From Azolla caroliniana (taxonomy: Eukaryota; Plantae; Polypodiophyta), in the NCBI GenBank assembly GCA_043228905.1, contig JBHGNT010000010.1:18476001-18540000 (forward strand): a stretch of DNA of 64,000 nt, in the 5' to 3' direction. Under the pieces are notes generated by a model. The model was not told the origin of the DNA and made no database searches. It worked only from the letters and a program-made list of their open reading frames with translations. Both the position numbers and the translations under genes were made by a program. Of the stretch, positions 51,109-62,218 are shown in pieces; positions within the stretch are counted from its first letter, which is position 1, and each line of letters begins with the position of its first letter.

Positions 51109-54100
51109 TGTTGAGAACTCGACGTTCCTTATGTCTGACGCTCGGCCACAACCGAGATTCTTTTCATACACAGAAAACAGGTAATGAAACGCGACACAAA
51201 AGAAAAAAGAAGAGGAGAAATGGTACACAGGAGGTATACGTGGAAAACCCCAAAATAGGGGAAAAACCACGGCAGCCCACGAGCTGCAAACTGTCACTAT
51301 GCAGAAATATACAACAGTAAGATCACTGAGGCAACGACCTCGTGTTCTCAGATCTTCGCCACAGGCGGCGGTTACAACAGAGGCAATGACCTCGTCTCTC
51401 TCTCTCTCTCTCTCTGTACAGTTACGCGCTCTGATTTCTTCTTGCACCAACAAGGAAGAATAATAACAACAACATCATAATCAAAAGTTTGCCCTAAATC
51501 ATATTTATACCAATATGACTTTTCGGCTATTTACAAATGTAGCCTCGATGGGCTCCATCCGGCTCTCAGCAGTCGGGTACTCCTCATCCGGTTCATACCG
51601 GGCCTGCACCATCCGACTCTCCGAAGTCGGGGCCTGCACCATCCGACTCTCAGCAGTCGGGCACTCCTCATCCGGTTCATACCGGGCCTGCACCATCCGA
51701 CTCTCCGAAGTCGGGTTCTCCTCATTCGGCACTGTTCTTCTCCCTTCCCATCCGGAGGGACCTGTCTTCCTACAAACTCCCCCTTCACTCCGGCATGGGG
51801 TGTCTTTCCAGCCCGATCCTCTTCCGGCATGCGTCCAGCTTGTCGGGTGTCAGCACTTTGGTCAGCATATCTGACTCGTTCTCGGCCGTGTGGATCTTCG
51901 CCAATGTGAACTCCTGGTCATCTACCCTTTCCCGGATCCAGTGATACCTCCGCTGGATATGCTTTGTCCGGGAATGGTAGGTCGCATTCTTAGCAAGGTG
52001 GATGGCACTTTGACTGTCGCAGTAGAGTCGGTATTCCTCTTGCCGGATACCGAGCTCCCCGATGAAGTCCTTCATCCATAATATTTCCTTGCCGGCTTCC
52101 ACAGCCGCCATGTACTCCGCCTCTGTGGTTGACAATGCAACCGTCTTCTGCAGCCTCGACTGCCACGAAACAGCTCCCCCTGCATACGTCATCACATACC
52201 CGGATGTAGACCGGCTGGTATCCACATCAGCCGACATGTCCGAATCGGTGAAACCATCCAGTTTAGGTTTTCCGGAGCCGAATCGGAGACACATATTTGA
52301 AGTGCCCTTCAAATACCGGAGTATCCACTTGACTGCGTTCCAATGCTCCTTGCCGGGATTACTCATGAACCGGCTCACCACTCCGACTGCGTATCCAATG
52401 TCCGGTCGGGTACACACCATTGCGTACATCAAGCTCCCGACGGCAGAGGCATATGGAATCTTCATCATATCTGCCTTCTCTCCTTTTGTCTTTGGGCTTT
52501 GCTTGCCGGACAACTTGCAGTTTGCCGGAAGTGTCGATCCGACCGGTTTTGCATCTGACATGTTGAACCGGTGAAGCACCTTTGTCACATACTTCTCCTG
52601 TGACAGCCATAGTTGCTTCTCTGACCGGTCCCGAATGATGTGCATCCCCAACATCTGTCTTGCCGGACCCAGGTCTTTCATTGAGAAGGTCTGGTTGAGA
52701 GCCTTCTTCAGCATCCGTATTTTGCCTTGGTCTCGTCCGACGATCAACATGTCATCCACGTACAGGAGGAGTATCAGGAAGTCCCCTCCTTCGAACTTCT
52801 TCACAAACACGCAGTGATCGGCCTGCGTCTTGTGGTACCCTTGATCGGTCATGAAGGAGTCGAACTTCCGATACCATTGCCGGGGAGCCTGCTTCAGTTC
52901 GTACAGGCTCTTCTTCAACCGGCATACCAGGTGCTCCTTCCCTTTCTCCACAAATCCTTCCGGTTGCTACATGTAGATCTCCTCTTCGAGGTCGCCGTGA
53001 AGGAATGTCGTCTTCACGTCCAGTTGCTCTACCTCGAGATCCATGCTTGCTGCAATACTCAGCACCGTCCGGATGGAGGTCATCTTTACTACCGGGGCGA
53101 ATATTTCGTCGAAGTCCACGCCCTTCTTCTGCTGGAACCCCTTCACCACGATCCTGGCTTTGTATCTCGGGGGGATGCCGACATCTCCCGGTTTCAACTT
53201 GAATACCCACTTGTTTCGGAGTGCCCGCTTTCCTTTCGGCAGCTCCACCAATTCATACGTATGGTTCTCATGCAGGGAATCCATCTCATCCTGCATGGCA
53301 CTTAACCATTTTCGGCTGTGGGTGTCAACCTTCGCTTCTTCGAAGCTTTCCGGCTCCCCCTCATCGGTCAGCAGGACATGCTCTGCATCCGGAAATCTCC
53401 GGGGCGCCCTTCTCTCTCTGAGAGGATATCTACGTCTTCGGGCTTCGGTAATCGGTTCCTCCATTTGCTCTTCATCCGAATCCGATTCGGGATTTTGACC
53501 GGTTCCGGTCTCAGCTTCCTCTACTTCTTCTTCTGCCGGTTCGGTATCCTCACCATAACCGGCTGGTTCCTCGAGTGCTAACCGGTCTCTTGCCGGTTGG
53601 GTCTGCTCATTGTAGAGTCTATCCTTACCGGTCGACTCGGGGTTCATTATCTTCTTCTCCGACTCCTAGTCGGCGAGCGTCTTGTCCTCCATGAAGATAA
53701 TATCTCGACTCCGGAATACCTTCTTGTCGACCGGGTCCCACACTCGGTAGCCGAACTCATCGTCACCGTAACCGAGGAATATGCATGGCCGGGTCTTTGG
53801 ATCTAGCTTTCCTCTCCGGTCCTTTGCTACATGCACGTACGCGAGACACCCGAACACCCTCAGATGCCGGTAGGACACTTCCTTACCGGTCCATACTCTC
53901 TGTGGCGTGTCTCCGTCCAAGGGTACTGAGGGTGATCTGTTTATCACATATGTCGCCGTCGACAGTGCCTCAGCCCAAAACTTCTTGGGTAGTTTTGCAT
54001 GCGCTAGCATACTCCGGACCCTCTCCATTATGGTCCGGTTCATCCTCTCGGCCAGTCCGTTTAGTTCCGGCGTCTTCGGCACGGTAAATTCGAGCCGGAT

Positions 54101-56161
54101 TCCCTTCGAGCGGCAGTACTCCTCGAACTGCCCCCGGTACTCACCTCCGTTATCTGCTCGAACCGCCTTCAGCTTCCAGCCGGTTTCTCTTTCCACTCTC
54201 GCGTGGAGCTCTTTGAAGACGGATAACACCTGATCCTTTGTCTTCAGCGGTGTGGCCCACAGCTTCTGGCTGTGGTCATCTATGAATGTCACGAAGTACT
54301 GCGCTCCGGCATGTGACTTCGTGTCTACTTGACAAACATCCGTATGCACCAACTCCAGTGGTGCATTACGTCTCATCGGTGGCCTTGGTCGGAAGGAGGT
54401 CCGGTTCTGCTTACCGGCCAGACAATCAGTGCACTTCTCTAAATGCACGTTCTTCACTGGGATGAGGTTGTCGTCTGCAAGCCTCTTCATCCCCTTCTCA
54501 CTCATGTGACATAGCCTCTTGTGCCACAGCTCACCGGCAGTGTCGGAAGCCACGTTCACTTCTTCCGGACATAACCGGGTATTCATCAGGTACAGTGTGT
54601 TTACCTTCCGGGCCCGAGCCACAATCAGGCTCCCTTTGCTGAACTTCATGACACCGTTCCGGATGCTACCCGTGTAGCCTTCATCATCTAGCCGACCGGC
54701 TGATATCAGGTTCAGACGAACTTCCGGAACGTGTCGGACATCTTTCAACAACAATTTGCATCCGGTTGGTGTTGTCAGCCACACGTCTCCTATGCCGACA
54801 ATTCGGCATGTTCCTTCATTCCCCATCCGGACACAGCCGTGATCACCGGCTGAGTAGGATGAGAAGCATTTCCGGTCCGGGGTAAGGTGGAACGACGCTC
54901 CGGAGTCTACCACCCAGGTCATCTCATCGCCGGCATGGTTTATCTCACTCTCTTCGGTGATGAGCATCAACTCCTCTTCACTGGCCGCAATTGCCGTCGT
55001 TCCCTTCCGGTCCGGACCCCTCCGGTCTTTACCGTTCTGGTCTGTACCGTTCCGGTTCGGGGTTTGCTTCAAATCGGTACCGTCGGTTTCCTTGTCTTTA
55101 CGGAAATGCCGACAGTTCTTCTGGAAGTGTCCCGGCTTGCCGCAATAGAAGCAAATCGGCCTCCCCCTTGACTTTGATCGTGTCCCCGACTTCTCCCGGT
55201 TCTGGGGGCTACGGTTTCTATGTCTTCCGCGTTCCGATTCGGTAAGGAGCGCTTTGGAGTCGGAGCTCGTATCTTTGTCTTTCCGACGAGCCTCCTCATC
55301 TAGCAAGCTCGACTTTACTCTTGCTAGGGATAACCGTTTTCCTTCCGGCCCGGCGTTGCCCAAAGTAACAAGTAACTTCTCCCAGCTATCCGGGAGGGAA
55401 CCGAGCAGGAGTAGCGCTAGGACCTCATCGGCAAGAGGTACTTCCAATGACGTTGCCTGGTGAATCAGCCCCTGGAAGGCATTCATATGCTCCGCCATGC
55501 TGGAACCATCTTGGTACCGGAGTCTTACAAGCTTCCGGAATACCGACGCCTGATTGACAGCATTTTTGTTCTGGAACATTGTGCCGATCTTCTCCCAGAG
55601 CTCATGAGCCTTACTCTCTTCATTGAAGTTGTTGTACAGGCTCATGTCGATGAAGCACCGTATGTACGCCGTTGTCTTCATGTGCATCACCTCCCATATC
55701 GCGGCGTCGATTTTGTCCGGTCTCTTGTCCCCGAACTGAACCGGCAGCCAGAGGTCTTTAACCACGAGCATGTCCCTCATCTTCGACTTCCACACTGAAT
55801 AGTTGGAGCCGGTGAGCTTGAACATGCCGCCAAACGATTCGTCCATTTTCTGTGTCGATTTCGCTCTGATACCACTTGTTGAGAACTCGACGTTCCTTAT
55901 GTCCGACGCTCGGCCACAACCGAGATTCTTTTCATACACAGAAAACAGGTAATGAAACGCGACACAAAAGAAAAAAGAAGAGGAGAAATGGTACACAGGA
56001 GGTATACGTGGAAAACCCCAAAATAGGGGAAAAACCACGGCAGCCCACGAGCTGCAAACTGTCACTATGCAGAAATATACAACAGTGAGATCACTGAGGC
56101 AACGACCTCGTGTTCTCAGATCTTCGCCACAGGCGGCGGTTACAACAGAGGCAACGACCTC

Positions 56162-56196
<35 letters not shown>

Positions 56197-56552
56197 CAGT
56201 TACGCGCTCTGATTTCTTCTTGCACCAACAAGGAAGAATAATAACAACAACATCATAATCAAAAGTTTGCTCTAAATCATATTTATACCAATATGACTTT
56301 TCGGCTATTTACAAATGTAGCCTCGATGGGCTCCATCCGGCTCTCAGCAGTCGGGTACTCCTCATCCGGTTCATACTGGGCCTGCACCATCCGATTCTCC
56401 GAAGTCGGGGCCTGCACCATCCGACTCTCAGCAGTCGGGTACTCCTCATCCGGTTCATACCGGGCCTGCACCATCCGACTCTCCGAAGTCGGGTTCTCCT
56501 CATTCGGCACTGTTCTTCTCCCTTCCCATCCGGAGGGACCTGTCTTCCTACA
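51109..56552 (-). mobile_element. Full-length, young Ty1/Copia element E (family of C); LTRs 55877-56552 (5') and 51109-51774 (3')
   Basis: TG...CA LTRs differ by about 7 transitions (counted by eye) and a (TC)n length change. TSD CATAT/CATAC, Met PBS (GCTCTGATACCA on the plus strand, 55863-55874) and PPT at ~51777-51786. Confidence 0.97.
51785..55846 (-). pseudogene. Copia E gag-pol polyprotein (1354 codons in one frame) with two premature TAG stops
   Basis: MDESFGGMFKLTGSNY...CFYCGKPGHFQKNC...VVDSGAS...LVHTDVC...LLYVDDML...RHPMPE. Stops at 53666-53668 (TGG->TAG) and 52967-52969 (CAG->TAG), judged against the sense codons in C. Confidence 0.92.
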
Positions 56553-59335
56553 CATACCGTGTACGCGCGTCCTCTTCCTCTACGCGTTTCGGTCGTATTT
56601 AGGGACGTGCCCGGATCGGTTGTCTTCGGGTCGCATCCGGAACCATTCCGACTGGAGTCTTGATGGCATATCCGGCTCTAGAGAACTCGCCCTTCTGGAA
56701 ACCCATCTCTCCTCGGTCCAAGACTCAGGTGGTCCCACCTGTATTTGACACGTACGCACGGATTATCGTGACATTTTTGGTGAACCCGACGTGAAAGGGC
56801 GGCAAGGGAGGATGGAGTCGGAGGACGATGACTTCGCGGAGATGGTGGCCGAAGTGGTGATGGAGTTCGGACGAGTGACGATGAGACGTGAAGCGGCGTA
56901 ACAAGCTATTGAACGAGTGGTCGAAAGAGTCGGCCGTTTCAATGGGGACAAAGTCCTATTCTACTTGGAGGCCTATAATGCAGAGATAGAGATGCGAGGT
57001 ATTGACAAGGCGTTGAGGTTGGAATTCTTCTGTGGGGTCGTAGCTGTTCGGATGCACGCGGAGGTAAAGGAGCTCCGAGAAGCTCATAGTTCGTGGGAGG
57101 GCTTCGAAGAGGCACTCATGTAGGCATACAGAGGATGGCCAAAATGTCGGGGACGACACGACTTCGACCAGTGGGTTGCATCAGCAAAGACCCACTAGGG
57201 CACAACGACAACATTCCAGGAGTTCGAGCGGCGCTTTACAAGGCCCCTAGAGCGGGAACAAAGACTGGTGGGGGTGGATAAAGTCCTTTTGTTCATTAGG
57301 TTGATCGACAGAGCGGAACGGGAGGCCATCGGAATCGAGCTCGAAGATGACAACAGAGCGAATGACCTTACTGAGGACTAGTCGAAAGTCGAACGAGTAT
57401 GCCGACGGTTGGATGAGGAGCGGTCCACAAAAGGAAAGGGGAAGATAACGCGTGACGACATGTCATCACAGTAGGGAGCGGGCACACAGCGAGACGGAAC
57501 GATGAAGATCGATGTCGAAGCTCTGGTTAGGGAAGCTTACGAGGCTCTAAAGGTGATGGTCGACGAAGAAGAGAGATCCAGTACGCGGTTGGATTCCGGA
57601 GAATCAAAGCTAGTCGGCCTTCCGAACGAGACGGACGTAGCCCATGCGAAGGCCAAAGTACGGTATGACGGTACGATGGGTGAGGGTGAGCAAGACACCC
57701 TCTTGACTTGGATAGAAAGATCGGCTGAGAAGGAGGTCGGATACGGAGAGACAACGATCGCGGGTTTGGAAAGAGAGTGATGGTTTCAGGCACTGTTGCC
57801 CGAAACTCCGGACATTGGAGAAGCAAGCCCAGGCGGGGCCTGTGTGATCAAAGTAGAAATAACTTCCACTGACAACATCAAGGAGTTGGTGGCTATGGAC
57901 AAGTCGTCAGAGGGTGAATTTACGGAATCTTTCCCCACATCGGTTCTGGAGACTCTCACAATTTTTTCTCGCCGCTTTGCGCCGGCCCATGCGAACGACA
58001 CTGGGCATGCTCGATTTCACAGGCCAAACAGTGGACATGATCATTGCCCGTGTTCTTCGGCTGGAGCTGGAAGATAGAGATGAGGGAATGTCCATGACAG
58101 CCTTACGACAAGCGTTACCGCGGGAGGACGAGTATCGTTTCCGACATGCCATTCAATGAACAGTTTGCCTTAACTCGGGCCACTCGGCGGTCGAATGCAA
58201 CATATGGGCACACTGCCCTATTTGCCATTCTCGGGCACATACAGTTGACCAGTGCGAGTACAATCTTTTGAATTGACCATAGAATCGAACCACAACGTAA
58301 CGGTCGGCAACTGAACGAGAGATTTCGACAGGACGAGTGTTATCAGAACGCGGAGCGCAATCGGCATAATGACCGACATCGCTTGGATGAGGAGCAATAT
58401 TGGGACGAGGACGATATGGAAGAAGAGGGCTATCATCAAAATGACAATCATAACAATCGAAGTGGGCAACGCTATGATTATCGGCACCCCACAAACAATT
58501 GAGGTGGACAAGCCGAACCACAAGCGTATGACGACGATCGGCAACAGTCGCATAACCAGCAATCACGCGACGACAGTTCGAAGGAAAACCGATGTCAGGC
58601 ACAGAATAACAACCGCCACGATTATCACAAGAGACGCTGAAATTCGCGGCATATCAGTACCAACTGCGATCTCGTGATGAGCCTAAGGCACAACCTGAGC
58701 CCGTGGCTCCACCAACAATAGAAAAGGTGAGTCCAATGTACATTGTTTTATATGCCAGCAGCTAGGGCATTACATGACTCAGTGCCCACGACGCAATAAG
58801 GGCAAGGGATTGGCGGTCAATACTATCACAACGCAAGTGCAACAGGTGACCACCCGTAGCCAAACAAAGGCAACCGAGTGGGAAGTACAAGATGACATAA
58901 GGAAAGCCGCAAAAGCTTGCATGGTAAAGGCCAATGAGGCCAGCGTCGAACACATGCGCCAAGAGGGAGCAATCGAGGCATCATTGTCACAAGCGGAGGA
59001 TGCTACGACAGATGAGGACCCGATATGGCAGGCCCTCGCAAATTGTCAGATCACATTGATGATGAACAAGCTGTTAAACTTGGTTCCTCGATTCCGGCAA
59101 GCCATGGAAACCCGCATGCATAGAATGGACCAGGTAATGATTCTTGCCAATTTCGCCGAATCTACTATAGGGCCGGCCATGGTGGATCACCATAACCCAG
59201 CCATTAAGGTTATCTTACAAGGGGAGGAAATCCCAGGGTGTATTGTCAATGGCGGTTCTGGAGTGAACGTCATTAGCAAAGCCACTTGCAACCGCATGAG
59301 CATCACAACTTGGGAGGTGTTCCATTCTAGCTTGG

Positions 59336-61505
59336 AGTGATTGTCTCTTGATCAGGCCACATCCGTGCCTCACTCGGTTAGCCAGAAATCGAATAGGTCG
59401 TCTGATGTTATCTCCTCACTTGCCGTAACCACTCGAAGCAAACAAAACTCCAGGGGCAACACCAATCGGTGTTTCATTCGGTTGAACGACATTCGAGAGA
59501 ACCAACAGACTCCGTCGCTCTCATCGTTGCAATTACCCGAAACAGGATTGGCTTGGAAAATCGCACATAATCCGTGTTGGGAAATCTCGCAAAATCGACA
59601 TTCGAAATTGAACAATCAAATCCGGGTTCAATTTGACTAAGTCAGTTGACTGTAGTCACTCTGAACATGATTCATCTATATTCGAAACCAACACGACTTG
59701 TGTCCAACTCCAGCTAGAATGACATCGAGTGAGCCTGGCTACTGCACTCCACCATAGTTCGTAGCTGACTCCGGACAAAGCCTACTCAACCAACACATAT
59801 GGCATCAACATCCAGCTTGTCAGAGATGTGTCTAAGGAAGTTCGATGGATCGAACTTCAACTTTTGGAAGGAGCAGATGCATGACTAATTAATAGTCAAG
59901 GGACAAATTGACCCCATTGAGAATGAAGACCCTCCAGAATTATACAAGCCACTTGAATGGGAAAAGCTCGATAGAATCGTCCGTGCCACCATTCGGATGC
60001 ACCTATCAGAGTCTGTGTACGTCATGGTGCAATTGTGTTTGATTGCCTTCCAACTATGGAAGACACTTTCAGACACTTACGAAAAGAAGGTCACCGCCAA
60101 CAAGATATACCTGATTCGGCGCCTTTATAACCTTCAGATGAAAGAGTTTGACTCGGTCCAAGCACACCTGAACGAGTACGAAATTCGCAACATTGCGACA
60201 TAATGGGAATCGACACAGTAGAGCTCAACCTCGCGGGTGGCTCTACATTAGTACTATGCAATGTTCGACACGTACTTGAGCTCTCACGACCACTGATCTC
60301 AGTCGGACAATTGGATGAAGACGGCATCTGTGCTGGCTTCTCATCAGGAGGGTGGACACTCCACAAAGGGAACCTCTTGCTTGCTCAAGGACCGAAGATA
60401 CACTCATTGTATCCTTTGCACGTCACACTCAACGAGGGTGACCTATTTTTGGTTGACATTCCCGTGTCATCACTCTGGCACGGACGATTCGAACACCTCA
60501 GCAAGGCCGACATCATGCACTTATCTAGAGCCAGATACATCCCCAAACTCTCCTTCTGAGATCATCAGTTCTGCGAGCATTGCCAATACAACAGGCAGAT
60601 CGCCGTAACACACCCTTCATCAGGCCCCGAGAGTATCGAGTCCGCTCGATTTTGTCCACTCGGACGTATGTGGTTTTATGCCACATCAATCCCTCGGTGG
60701 CGCTCTTTTTCATCAACTTCATTGATGACTCGACTCGAAAGGTGTGGGCTTATCCGATCAAAACCAAAGATCGTGTTTTCTCGATCTTTTCCGATTGGCT
60801 TGCCATGGTTGAGAATCAGTCCAACCGAAAACTGAAAAGCTTTTGGTCTGATAACGGGGGAGAGTTCAAATCAGAGGAATTCATCAAATTTTGCCAACAA
60901 TGTGGCATACGACGTGAATTTACAACACCTCATAGTCCAGAGCTGAATGGAATTGCCGAGCGAATGAATCGGAAAATTCAAGAATGGATAGTTTCCATGC
61001 TCCAACATTCTAGACTGTCAGATGGTTTCTGGGCAGAGACCCTACTTACGACAATACACATAATCAATATGTCGCCAAGTAACAATGTGGCATACGACGT
61101 GAATTTACAACACCTCATAGTCCAGAGTTGAATGGAATTGCCGAGCGAATGAATCGGAAAATTCAAGAATGGATAGTTTCCATGCTCCAACATTCTAGAC
61201 TGTCAGATGGTTTCTGGGCAGAGACCCTACTTACGACAGTACACATAATCAATATGTCGCCAAGTAGGCCTCTAGGACTTCGGATACCTCATGAATTATG
61301 GACCGGTAGTAAGCCGAATTACGACAAGCTGAGGATTTTTGGATGTGAGGCGTATGCCCTCATCCGGAAAAATGATCGCCGCAAACTTGCACCACGGTCC
61401 AGGAAATGTATTTTCCTCGGTTATGGACTAGATGGAGAAATGGGATACCGACTCAGGGACCTCGAACACAGACAGATTGTCCGAAGTTCAGACGTCGTGT
61501 TCAAT
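59336..61505 (+). mobile_element. Copia element H (second Copia family): leader, partial gag from 59799, internal deletion, GAG-pre-integrase and integrase; 5' LTR missing; interrupted by J
   Basis: MASTSSLSEMCLRKFDGSNFNFWKEQM, LCNVRHVLELSRPLISVGQLD, LWHGRFEH, FIDDSTRKVW, SDNGGEF, KCIFLGY. Left boundary approximate. Confidence 0.88.
60896..61265 (+). repeat. 185-bp tandem duplication inside the H integrase
   Basis: AACAATGTGGCATACGACGTG...AATATGTCGCCAAGT at 60896 and 61081, with about 2 differences. Confidence 0.93.
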
Positions 61506-62218
61506 TGTTACCGGTCGGCAAAGGAGTCTAGAGTGGGAAACAGAGAGTTATTTAAGTACTAGGAATGTGGTTGTAATTAAGCTATGAGTGTGGACGGACG
61601 GACCGGAATTGGTATGCCGTTCCGGATGCGGACCGATCCCGAACAGGTGCGGATGGCACCGTTTTGTAATACAGACCGGAAACCTATTTAGAGGCCCGGA
61701 TACAATGTAATGAATAGCGGTTAATTAATAAAAGCTTAGCGTTGTTATCTCTCTGTGTTAATTATCGTTCTGTCTTAATTGTTATATCTTACGCGTGTGA
61801 TTATGAAAGACGATCATGCTAAGTAACTTAATGAAGTCTGATTAAGCGTTGAGTCTAATCCGGTTGCTGTAACACCCTTTGGTGAAGTGTCTTCCGTAGA
61901 CACCCTGTGTTAGGCCATTGTCCGGCCCTAAGAGTTAAAACAGTTTTTGGCGACCACGATTCCTGCTTTTGCAGCGAACGACGACACAGATGGATGTCTA
62001 GATCAACGCACGACCTGGTTACAGATCGAACTCAACGCCTTGCCGAAAGGCAAAGGAGACGTGAGGCTTTCCAACAAGCGGCGCAGGAAATTAGAGCGGA
62101 TCGCTCGTTTTCCAACGTAATCCGGAGAGTAGCGGAGGACTCCCTCTGGTTACAGCAAACATCGCACCCGGACGACGGCAGCAGCCTAAGCAGCCTCCGG
62201 GAAACCGAATCCCTTCTC
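61506..62218 (+). mobile_element. Gypsy element J (family F): 5' LTR 61506-61940, probable tRNA-Arg PBS, gag N-terminus; interrupted by I
   Basis: The LTR is highly similar to 49317-49752 (terminal CA mutated to AA). TGGCGACCAC at 61948, then ORF MSRSTHDLVTDRTQRLAERQRRR... Confidence 0.85.

Larger units (their letters stand above)
50422..59335 (+). mobile_element. Gypsy element G: 5' LTR 50422-56773 (split by Copia E), Trp PBS, degenerate gag with CCHC knuckles, protease
   Basis: LTR TGTCGTGAAGATT...CGTGACA is related to the D LTR. PBS TGGTGAACCCGACGTGA (56778), gag GRFNGDKVLFYLEAY, protease IVNGGSGVNVIS. Right boundary approximate. Confidence 0.83.

Noticed and set aside
45534-56773. D and G LTRs as the two ends of one element
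   Set aside because: They are related only in their first ~200 bp, differ in length, and both are followed by a PBS.
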